DNA of 46,675 nucleotides, taken from Pyrinomonadaceae bacterium. GTDB lineage: Bacteria > Acidobacteriota > Blastocatellia > Pyrinomonadales > Pyrinomonadaceae. Of this stretch, positions 9,540 through 16,679 are shown one piece after another. Numbering within the stretch: the stretch's first letter is position 1; the number at the start of each line of letters is the position of its first letter. A model generated the notes under the pieces. That model was given only the letters and a program-made list of their open reading frames with translations, did not search any database and had not been told where the DNA came from. The position numbers and the translations under genes were made by a program. The stretch spans positions 1 through 46,675 of the forward strand of contig DATEOJ010000205.1 of assembly GCA_035274235.1 (NCBI GenBank), read 5' to 3'.

Positions 9540-12299
9540 TCATTCCGTTTTCTTTACGTCCTTATTTCCCATCGCGTTCATTAAAATATGCTGCATCTGA
9601 AAAGAATTCGGCAGACCGATCAAACTTGCCGGACTCAGACCGAACGCCCCACCCTCGGTGTTCGCAGCGATCGTGATGCGATCGCCTTGAGCGTAGGCAT
9701 AAGCGAGCGTCGGCGGAGCATTTACGTCAATCGACCCGAGTGCTTCGCTGGCCTTTGCATCGCCACCTGCGTTCTTCATCTTCTCAGCGAGCGGCCCGAC
9801 AAGCGGAGCGAGATCGTGATAGAAGATGGCCGAGAAATTCGTATTGCCATCCTGCGGCAGCGAACTCATGAATCTCGCCGATCGAACGAGGGTGTTGCCG
9901 GCTTCGCGATTGCTGATCGACTGCTCGAGCAACGCACGGCTCGGTCCGGCAATGAAATAACCGTTCGAATACGTGTAATGCACTTCGAGGCCCGTTTCGG
10001 ATCTGATCGAGTAGTAAGTGCGGTCACCCACTGCCGATTTCTCCAGCGCGAGTTTTCCCTTACCGTGAAGCATCGAGAACTGATTCAACTTATCAACCGC
10101 TTTCTCGAACGTGCCCTGCAGCTTTGGTTGGTCATAGACTTCGAGAATGATCTTCCACGAAGGAGTCGGAAGGATCGGACCGTCGATTGCGAACGCAAAC
10201 TCTCCGCCGAGCGGTGCCGCGAAATCGTTACGAAGATCGAAGCCCTGTTGCTTCTCGATAGCCTGCATCTGACTTCGAAGTTCGGGTTGGACAGTCTCCA
10301 TGAATCCGAGAAGATCGTCCGCGAGCAGTGCGGGTTCCTTGACCACGAAGGCGGTCGCAACGTTCGCGTTTGGTGAAATGAAATCCAATGCTCCCATCGA
10401 ACCCGGTGCTGCGAGCCACGATGCGATACCGTGATTCGATTCGCCGAACGTAAGGGCGGCACGAGTCAGGGTCTGACCGCCGACCGCTTTCTGTTCGACC
10501 ACGAAGTGCCGCAAGCTCGCGATGCCAAGCTGCGTTAAACCCTCGCGTCGCCGTGCGCCATCGGGTGTTTTATCTTCACGCATCGCGTTGGCGACGATCT
10601 TTTCCAGATCGGCTGCGACAACTAGTCCGGCACCGTCGGTGTAGATGTCGTTGATCCGCTGGTGGAACGGGGAAGTCACGAATCCATTTGAACCCGGCGT
10701 ATTCAGCGAGGTCGCGAACTTGCGGACCATCTCGATCTGCGGTGACGCGGCAAAGATGTCGTTATGGATCCAAACAAACAGCTCCGACTTACTCGCGGTG
10801 TTTTTCTCGCCGGCCGATTTCACCGGAGCCGGAGTCGTCGCCTTCGCAGTCATCGGATCGTCAATGATACGAACGTTCAGGCCGCCGCCGGATTCTTTCG
10901 CGAAACGATCCACCTGACCTTCGACGTAGGTCCGGAACGCGGTCGCGTCCTTAACTTCGCCCAACACGAGGACGCCACTGGGTTCACCCTTTACATTCAT
11001 TTCCGCAGTGACGACGATCTCGTCGCCCAACTGCGAACCAAACTTCTGGATTCGTGAGATGGTCTCTTCGTTGATTCCCACGCCGTCGCCATTGTTGCCT
11101 TTCCACCATTGCGCCAGCTCCGGATTCTGCTTTATCCGTTCCTGCATGAGCCGTTCCGACTCCGCAAGCGTCTCGCTTATATTCGGCAGAGCGGCGTAGA
11201 ACACGGTGTTCTCCGGTACGAGATCGACAAACCGCGAGGTGTAGCGAACGCCGGGACGTGCTGCGATCTTTTGGTTGACGTCGTGCCTCAATTTCGCGAG
11301 CTCCGAAACAAGATTCGCGTAACGGTTTGCGTTACGGCTCCATGCCACGCTCTGTGCGACCGAGGTCTTGTCGAGAGTCGGACTCGTCGTCGCCTGGTCG
11401 CCCGGAAGCAGCGTTTCGTCGTTGCGTCCGTGTTTTACTTTTACTTCTCCTTCTACAACAGAAACGCGCGAACCCTTGGTTCCGCTTTCGACTTCGAAGA
11501 TCGTGCCCTTCACGGAAACGAGCGAGTCGGGCGTCTGAACATAGAGTCGGCCATTGTGCTGCTTGGCGGCTTCGACGATCACGTCACCACGATCGAGGCG
11601 AACAGTCACGCCACGCATGTTTTCAGTTACGGCAAATTCAGACCGCTCCCGCATCTCGACCGACGAACCATCAGCGAGCCGCAGCACCGCATTCGAGTCT
11701 TTAGCCGTGCGAACGCGTTCGCCTTTCTGAACCTGTTCACCGACCGCGAGTGGACGCGTGAAGGCATCCGACATCACAAAAACCAATCCGTCTGCATTTT
11801 CGACGGTCGCCGCTAGCGTCGTACCGGACACGTCGAGACGTTCGTACGCAAACATTCCCACCAGTCCCAGGACGGCGACAAATGCCGCAGCGAAACTCCA
11901 ACGCATAACGCGAGGATTCCACCAGCCGGCACTTGCGGGGACCGCGGTGACCGGTGCGGTATTTGGTGCTCCGTTACGTTGAGCCGTCAGCTCGCGACGG
12001 CAGGGAATACACTCGTTCGAGTGGTCTTCCAGAAGAAGTGTGCGGGCTTTCGATAGTTCTCCGCTAACGTATGCCGGAATGAGCGATTGAAAATCGTCAC
12101 ATCCGCGAATTTGCTCGGTGGTGTTTGTAGCGTTCATTGTGTTCAGACCTTCCAGTTGTGAAATTTGGGGCTCCTGGCTGACGCGTGCCCATACTCGCAT
12201 TGCGGACTCATCGACGACCGATGAATCGATCTCTTCGTCGCGAATACCGCGCGTGATGTCGTCAATGATCGCGTCCAACTCTCGTTTACTGTGCTTCAT
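9540..12299 (-). CDS. large transmembrane anti-sigma factor (zf-HC2 + FecR domain + ~600-aa extracytoplasmic region)
   Basis: 919 aa with an H-x3-C-x2-C zinc motif (HSNECIPC), a single TM segment ([19 protein letters not shown]) and a FecR-like segment ([28 protein letters not shown]). It overlaps the sigma gene by 14 nt. Confidence 0.75.
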   Translation of the reverse strand: MKHSKRELDAIIDDITRGIRDEEIDSSVVDESAMRVWARVSQEPQISQLEGLNTMNATNTTEQIRGCDDFQSLIPAYVSGELSKARTLLLEDHSNECIPCRRELTAQRNGAPNTAPVTAVPASAGWWNPRVMRWSFAAAFVAVLGLVGMFAYERLDVSGTTLAATVENADGLVFVMSDAFTRPLAVGEQVQKGERVRTAKDSNAVLRLADGSSVEMRERSEFAVTENMRGVTVRLDRGDVIVEAAKQHNGRLYVQTPDSLVSVKGTIFEVESGTKGSRVSVVEGEVKVKHGRNDETLLPGDQATTSPTLDKTSVAQSVAWSRNANRYANLVSELAKLRHDVNQKIAARPGVRYTSRFVDLVPENTVFYAALPNISETLAESERLMQERIKQNPELAQWWKGNNGDGVGINEETISRIQKFGSQLGDEIVVTAEMNVKGEPSGVLVLGEVKDATAFRTYVEGQVDRFAKESGGGLNVRIIDDPMTAKATTPAPVKSAGEKNTASKSELFVWIHNDIFAASPQIEMVRKFATSLNTPGSNGFVTSPFHQRINDIYTDGAGLVVAADLEKIVANAMREDKTPDGARRREGLTQLGIASLRHFVVEQKAVGGQTLTRAALTFGESNHGIASWLAAPGSMGALDFISPNANVATAFVVKEPALLADDLLGFMETVQPELRSQMQAIEKQQGFDLRNDFAAPLGGEFAFAIDGPILPTPSWKIILEVYDQPKLQGTFEKAVDKLNQFSMLHGKGKLALEKSAVGDRTYYSIRSETGLEVHYTYSNGYFIAGPSRALLEQSISNREAGNTLVRSARFMSSLPQDGNTNFSAIFYHDLAPLVGPLAEKMKNAGGDAKASEALGSIDVNAPPTLAYAYAQGDRITIAANTEGGAFGLSPASLIGLPNSFQMQHILMNAMGNKDVKKTE

Positions 12300-12930
12300 G
12301 ATGTTTCTCCAAGTAGCTTCCGATCTCCTTACGAAGGCGAGTTCTCGCGCGATGCAGGGTGACTGCGATGACCATCTGCGATGTGCCTAATGTCTCGGCG
12401 ATCCGGGCGTTGTCATATCCTTCAAAATATCGAAGAGCGAACGCGGCGGCGGCACGGCCCTCGAGCTTCGCAACCGCTAAGCGGATAAGTTTGCGAAGCT
12501 CCATATCCGCGAGGTCGGTTTCCGGACTCGACGCGATCGAGTGCTTCGAGCTTTTTTCAAAATCTATGACATCGAGTGAGACTGAGTTTGCGCGAACGCG
12601 ACTTCTAAGCAGGTCGAGCGACGAATTGATAGCTGCTCGATACAGATAAGCCCGCGGGTTCGGCGACAGGTCGCGCTTTTCCCAGCCCGGAGCGAGCCGT
12701 AGAAAAACGTTCTGCAAAACGTCTTCGGCGTCGGTCTCCCGGCCGGTTATGCGGTAAGCGACGCGAAACATGCCCTTATAGTGGTTACGAAAGAGCCCTT
12801 CGAGACCTAAAGCTTCCGCGGTCTGAGGAGTTGTTTCGGAATCGGATGAGCCAAGTAAATCGCTTGTCACTAGCTTTTTGGCGGCGGAAAGGGTCACGTC
12901 AGTCTCCTTTTGATCGTCATCTACAACCAT
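12286..12930 (-). CDS. ECF-type RNA polymerase sigma-70 factor
   Basis: 214 aa. Region 2 (DAEDVLQNVFLRL) and region 4 HTH (DNARIAETLGTSQMVIAVTLHRARTRLRKEI) are recognisable. The N-terminal ~40 aa are an extension, so the start is uncertain. Confidence 0.8.
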   Translation of the reverse strand: MVVDDDQKETDVTLSAAKKLVTSDLLGSSDSETTPQTAEALGLEGLFRNHYKGMFRVAYRITGRETDAEDVLQNVFLRLAPGWEKRDLSPNPRAYLYRAAINSSLDLLRSRVRANSVSLDVIDFEKSSKHSIASSPETDLADMELRKLIRLAVAKLEGRAAAAFALRYFEGYDNARIAETLGTSQMVIAVTLHRARTRLRKEIGSYLEKHHEAQ

Positions 12931-13125
12931 AAAACGTGACTTCTGCCGGATTATTAACAGTTAGGCAAAAATAATTTCAACGGGGATTTTATAGGAAGAT
13001 GAAGCGGAGTGGAGTATTTTTAAGCCGTTTCCGGTAATCGCGAGGTTTCTTGGCTCTGCCTGAAAACCTGTGTTCACGCAAAGTCGCAAAGCCGCAAAGA
13101 AAATCGAAGCCCCAACGGTCTAAAC

Positions 13126-13156
13126 AAAAACGACCGCCGAAATGGCGGTCGTTTTC
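13126..13156 (-). terminator. terminator hairpin downstream of tRNA-Pro (bidirectional shape)
   Basis: ACGACCGCC-GAAAT-GGCGGTCGT (13130-13152) is flanked by an A-run on the left and a T-run on the right. Confidence 0.7.
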
Positions 13157-13163
13157 TTGTTAA

Positions 13164-13240
<77 letters not shown>

Positions 13241-13255
13241 ATAATCAAGTACTAG

Positions 13256-13284
13256 AGTCTAGGTTACCAAGTTCGATATGTCAA
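13256..13284 (-). promoter_or_regulatory. sigma-70-like promoter for tRNA-Pro
   Basis: On the minus strand, TTGACA (13284-13279), a 17-nt spacer and TAGACT (13261-13256). The -10 element ends 15 nt before the mature tRNA 5' end. Confidence 0.55.
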
Positions 13285-13319
13285 AAGAACGTCAGAGGTC
13301 GTCTCTATATCCACACGAC

Positions 13320-13413
13320 CATTACAGAATTAGTAATTACCTCATTAGTAATTACACGCAGTAATCTTCCTCTCCATGTAATTACTAATGCGGTAATTAC
13401 TAATTTCGTAATG
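13320..13413. repeat. 37-nt-arm inverted repeat (34/37) built from GTAATTAC units, with a 20-nt spacer
   Basis: Left arm CATTACAGAATTAGTAATTACCTCATTAGTAATTACA (13320-13356). The reverse complement of 13377-13413 differs at 3 positions. The palindromic octamer GTAATTAC occurs four times. The repeat lies between the dedA stop (13421) and the tRNA-Pro promoter. Confidence 0.8.
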
Positions 13414-13420
13414 AGAAGTA

Positions 13421-14131
13421 CTACGAGACGGCCTTGTCTTCTTCGACAACGTTCTTCGGCTCGTGACTCTTGCCAAATCGATGTTTGAGAAACTCGATGA
13501 TCGGCGGCAGAAGAGATAAGAAGACAACGACGATGACGACCTTCTCGATGTGGTCTTCGAGCTTGATCCCGAGGGCCGACTCTATCACGCCGCCGAGGAA
13601 GTAGCCGCCGAGTACCATGCTCGAGATCCAAAGAGCTCCGCCGATTACGCTGAACGTCAGGAACTTTGCGTAAGGCATCTCGGCCGCACCGACTACTAGA
13701 GGTGCGAACGTGCGGACGATCGGAACGAAGCGAGCGAGAACGACAGTCTTGACGCCGTACTTTTCAAAGAAGTGCTTAGCCTTCTCAACCCGGCTTGGCT
13801 TGAAGAGAAACGAGCTTTCGCGATTGAAGAGCGTCTTGCCCATCATTCGTCCGGTCCAATAACCGGTGCTGTCACCGATGACCGAGCCGAGGAAAAACGC
13901 TAACAGGACCAGTCCGATCTGGAGTTTGCCGGCTGCGGCAAACAGACCGGCCACGACGAGCAGTGAATCGCCCGGCAGGAAGAAACCGACCGCCAGACCG
14001 GTCTCCGCGAAGACAATGAACCAGAGTCCGAGATAAACCCACGACCCCAACAACGCGAGAAGCCAGTCGATCAAGAATTTGGGATTCAGGTAGTCCTTGA
14101 TCTGATACAAAAAGTCGAGAATAGATTCCAT
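13421..14131 (-). CDS. DedA family membrane protein
   Basis: ORF trimmed to ATG 14131, because the longer ORF starts at TTG inside the repeat. The VFAETGLAVGFFLPGDSLLVVAG motif is typical of DedA/SNARE-associated proteins. Confidence 0.8.
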   Translation of the reverse strand: MESILDFLYQIKDYLNPKFLIDWLLALLGSWVYLGLWFIVFAETGLAVGFFLPGDSLLVVAGLFAAAGKLQIGLVLLAFFLGSVIGDSTGYWTGRMMGKTLFNRESSFLFKPSRVEKAKHFFEKYGVKTVVLARFVPIVRTFAPLVVGAAEMPYAKFLTFSVIGGALWISSMVLGGYFLGGVIESALGIKLEDHIEKVVIVVVFLSLLPPIIEFLKHRFGKSHEPKNVVEEDKAVS

Positions 14132-14136
14132 ACAAG

Positions 14137-14661
14137 AAAAGTAAAAAGTAAAAAGTAGAAAGTAAATTGGCAAATGCGACCAGCCTTTCCTACAAGACTG
14201 CCTACTTATTCTTCGACGTAACGATCCTCTTCGCTACGATTTTTGCAATCTCGCTTGATTCCTGCACCATTTGGAGGATGCCCGTCTTAGCCGCCGGTTT
14301 CAACGGTTCCGTCGCCAGGATCAATCGGAGCCAGAAATTGGATTCTCGCGCCTCCTTTAACGAGATTGCGTTCTTGTGAATAAAGTCGGCCCGACTTTGA
14401 CCCGCGACCGCTTCCTCCAGATTCGCTCCGATGGATGTGCCAGCGTCAAGGAGTTGGTTGATCACACTCCTGCTGACGTTGGTATGCTTTTCAAGGTATT
14501 TGCAGAGCTTAACGATCCTTACGGCGAAGGCGAATGCTCGCTCGGTAATTGGAACAAGCTTCGACGACGCGTGCTTACGAGTATTGGTGGGAGCCATACT
14601 CTCTTCCTCCTGCTGTTTCCTTTTTAAGTAATTTACTTTTTACTTTCTACTTTTTACTTTT
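14137..14661 (-). mobile_element. IVS-like cassette: four-helix-bundle ORF bounded by 32-bp terminal inverted repeats (30/32)
   Basis: IR-L 14137-14168 is AAAAGTAAAAAGTAAAAAGTAGAAAGTAAATT. The reverse complement of IR-R 14630-14661 is AAAAGTAAAAAGTAGAAAGTAAAAAGTAAATT. The unit fills the whole pcm-dedA spacer. Mobility is inferred, not shown. Confidence 0.45.
14202..14597 (-). CDS. four-helix-bundle protein (TIGR02436 / PF05635, 23S rRNA intervening-sequence protein family, Avd-like fold)
   Basis: 131 aa with a strong SD AGGAGGAAG before ATG 14597. The family signature QLLDAGTSIGANLEEAVAGQSRADFIHKNAISLKEARESNFWLRLI is present. Confidence 0.85.
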   Translation of the reverse strand: MAPTNTRKHASSKLVPITERAFAFAVRIVKLCKYLEKHTNVSRSVINQLLDAGTSIGANLEEAVAGQSRADFIHKNAISLKEARESNFWLRLILATEPLKPAAKTGILQMVQESSEIAKIVAKRIVTSKNK

Positions 14662-15343
14662 GGCTCTTTCCATCCCATCCATGGGTGCCGATCAGCGGTA
14701 CGAACGCACACGGACCGAAATTCTCCGTTGCATATCCTTTTTCACCGCGCGTTACGCGAATGAGCACCTGCGACTTTTGCTCCGGACCGACCGGGATCAC
14801 CATTCGTCCGCCGACCTCGAGTTGCTCGACCAGCGGTTGCGGGATGTCGGGGCCACCCGCTGCGACGAGGATCGCGTCGAACGGTGCGTAAACTTCCCAA
14901 CCGTTTGTCCCGTCGTCGCAGCGATATGAAATGTTTCGATATCCGAGTTGAAGCAGTTTCTGCTTGGCCTCCGCATGAAGGGAGGCGAGACGCTCGACCG
15001 CGAAGACTTTTCTCGCAACGGTCGCGAGTACGGCAGTTTGATATCCCGACCCGGATCCGATCTCGAGAATACGTTCACGACCCTTGAGCTCGAGCAGCTC
15101 CGTCATACGCGCGACGATGAACGGTTGCGATATCGTCTGGCCGCCGGAGATCGGCAGGGCGTTGTCTTTATAAGCCTGCGATCTGAGGGCGTCCGGTACA
15201 AAGGCATGACGCGGAACGCGGTTCATCGCATCGAGGACGCGTTCATCGGCGATCTTGTAATGCTTGCTGAGATGCTCGACCATCCGCGCACGCGGTATCT
15301 CGAAGCCATCTGAGCCATTAGGTTTTATCGCAAGACCGTTCAT
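14654..15343 (-). CDS. pcm: protein-L-isoaspartate O-methyltransferase
   Basis: SAM-binding motif ILEIGSGSGYQTAVLA and the conserved ISQPFIVARM. The start was trimmed out of the repeat to ATG 15343. ATG 15283 (MVEHL...) is an alternative start. Confidence 0.85.
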   Translation of the reverse strand: MNGLAIKPNGSDGFEIPRARMVEHLSKHYKIADERVLDAMNRVPRHAFVPDALRSQAYKDNALPISGGQTISQPFIVARMTELLELKGRERILEIGSGSGYQTAVLATVARKVFAVERLASLHAEAKQKLLQLGYRNISYRCDDGTNGWEVYAPFDAILVAAGGPDIPQPLVEQLEVGGRMVIPVGPEQKSQVLIRVTRGEKGYATENFGPCAFVPLIGTHGWDGKSQK

Positions 15344-15345
15344 TT

Positions 15346-15442
15346 GATTTTGGATTTTGGATTTTCGATTTTGGATTGTCGGAATCACATGTGCGCTATC
15401 GCATCGACGGAATCCAAAATCCAAAATCTAAAATCCAAAATC
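15346..15442. repeat. heptad-periodic (GATTTTG)n inverted repeat filling the surE-pcm spacer
   Basis: Left core 15346-15377 is GATTTTGGATTTTGGATTTTCGATTTTGGATT. The reverse complement of 15411-15442 matches at 30/32. About 33 nt separate the two 32-nt cores, with a short GTCG/CGAC pairing inside that interval. The right arm overlaps the surE stop, and the left arm ends 3 nt from pcm ATG 15343. Confidence 0.8.
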
Positions 15443-16187
15443 ACGCTTCCCAGTTCTTCATTGTATCGAGAGCCGCGTGGTTCGTCAGGTCGCTTCGCAT
15501 CGGTGTGACCGAGACATAACCTTCATCGACGGCTTCGAAGTCAGTTCCGCCTTCGGCACGGAAGCCTTCGCGGACTTCGCCGATCCAGTAGTAGGGCTTT
15601 CCGCGCGGGTCGATGTGTTCGCTGATCACAGGACGAGCTTCCTTAAAACCCTGCTTGGTTACGCGGATCCCGTTTGGAACGCCTTTTGGAATATTTACAT
15701 TGAGAAGCGTCCACGCGGGGATGCCTTCGGCCAGCGCTTTTCGTGTGACGTCGATCGCGACGCGTGCCGATTCGGTGAAGTCATGACTTCGGGATGCGAC
15801 GAGACTAAACGCGAGACCGGGGACGCCAAGGATCGTCGCTTCCATTGCTCCGGCGACAGTGCCGGAGTAGGTCGCATCGTCACCGAGATTCGCACCGTGG
15901 TTGATTCCAGACACGCATATGTCGGGAAGCGTGCCTTCGCCTAGGATGCGGTTGATCGCAAAAGTGACGCAGTCGGTCGGAGTGCCATCGACCGTCCAGT
16001 GACGATCGTCGATCTGACGAATTCGGAGTGGGCGTCCAAGCGTCAAACTGTGCGACGCTCCGCTCATCTCCGACTCCGGTGCGACGACATACACTTCTCC
16101 GATCTGCTTCATCGCCGCCTCGAGGGCCTCGATACCTTCGGAGTGTATGCCGTCGTCGTTTGTGATCAGGATGCGTGGTCGATCCAT
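15441..16187 (-). CDS. surE: 5'/3'-nucleotidase SurE
   Basis: N-terminal ILITNDDGIHSEGI signature. The start was trimmed out of the repeat-derived N-terminus to ATG 16187. This is the conserved surE-pcm gene pair. Confidence 0.9.
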   Translation of the reverse strand: MDRPRILITNDDGIHSEGIEALEAAMKQIGEVYVVAPESEMSGASHSLTLGRPLRIRQIDDRHWTVDGTPTDCVTFAINRILGEGTLPDICVSGINHGANLGDDATYSGTVAGAMEATILGVPGLAFSLVASRSHDFTESARVAIDVTRKALAEGIPAWTLLNVNIPKGVPNGIRVTKQGFKEARPVISEHIDPRGKPYYWIGEVREGFRAEGGTDFEAVDEGYVSVTPMRSDLTNHAALDTMKNWEA

Positions 16188-16204
16188 AGTGAAACAGTTT
16201 AAGA

Positions 16205-16313
16205 GTGAAAAAGTGAAAAGGTGAAAAGGTGAAAGAGTGAAAGGGAAAAAAGTAAAAGGTGGAAAGGTTAAGCAAAGCTTTTTCACCTTTCCACCTTTTC
16301 ACCTTTTCACTTT
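16205..16313. repeat. octamer-periodic (GTGAAAAG)n / (CACCTTTT)n inverted repeat filling the rpsU-surE spacer
   Basis: Left units lie at 16205-16253. A central perfect 15-bp stem AAAAGGTGGAAAGGT (16254-16268) / ACCTTTCCACCTTTT (16285-16299) is followed by right units to 16313, ending 2 nt before the rpsU stop codon. Confidence 0.75.
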
Positions 16314-16315
16314 AG

Positions 16316-16558
16316 TTACCGGCTGCTCGGTCCACCGCCCATCGGACGCGGTCCCGTGTTCATCGGTCGCTGCTGACGGAAGCGTCGGCGGTTTCGCTTA
16401 CGAGCGTTTACCGACTTGAGCTTCGCCTTCTGACCCGGCGGGATGAAGTGAGCATGTTTCTTCAGGTCCTTGATGATCTCTTCGCTGATCACCTTACGTT
16501 TGAACCGGCGCAGTGCGCTTTCGATCGATTCATTCGCATTAACTGTTATATAAGCCAT
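16316..16558 (-). CDS. rpsU: 30S ribosomal protein bS21 (with a basic Gly/Pro-rich C-terminal tail)
   Basis: MAYITVNANESIESALRRFKRKV... is the canonical S21 N-terminus. SD GGAGGTG lies upstream. Confidence 0.9.
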   Translation of the reverse strand: MAYITVNANESIESALRRFKRKVISEEIIKDLKKHAHFIPPGQKAKLKSVNARKRNRRRFRQQRPMNTGPRPMGGGPSSR

Positions 16559-16679
16559 TTATTGTCTCACCTCCTCTCGGCTAAGATTTCCGTCCTAAAG
16601 ACGAATGGTAATTAAACCACTTTCACCACCCGGAGCACAAATCCCGCACGGCATTTTCGGGTCAATTCCTTAGGAGGGT

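Noticed and set aside
12931-13070. ECF-type autoregulatory promoter (GGAAC-N16-CGT) upstream of the sigma gene
   Set aside because: Only loose matches exist (GGAAAC...), and none has convincing spacing. It is not reported as a feature.
14202-14597. The four-helix-bundle ORF as the Avd component of a diversity-generating retroelement
   Set aside because: There is no reverse transcriptase, template/variable repeat pair or adenine-mutagenesis pattern anywhere in the window. Only the fold family is shared.
13320-16313. Possibility that the repeat cluster is a CRISPR array
   Set aside because: There are no identical direct repeats at regular spacing. Each element is a different inverted repeat separated by full-length genes, and there are no cas genes.
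13305-16419. ORFs 13305..13631, 13345..13527, 15880..16302, 16237..16419, and the repeat-derived N-terminal extensions of dedA, pcm and surE
   Set aside because: These are translations of the low-complexity inverted repeats (VITNEVITN, FTFSPFHLFT, KSKIQNQ). The starts are TTG/GTG inside repeats, and the internal ATGs give canonical N-termini.
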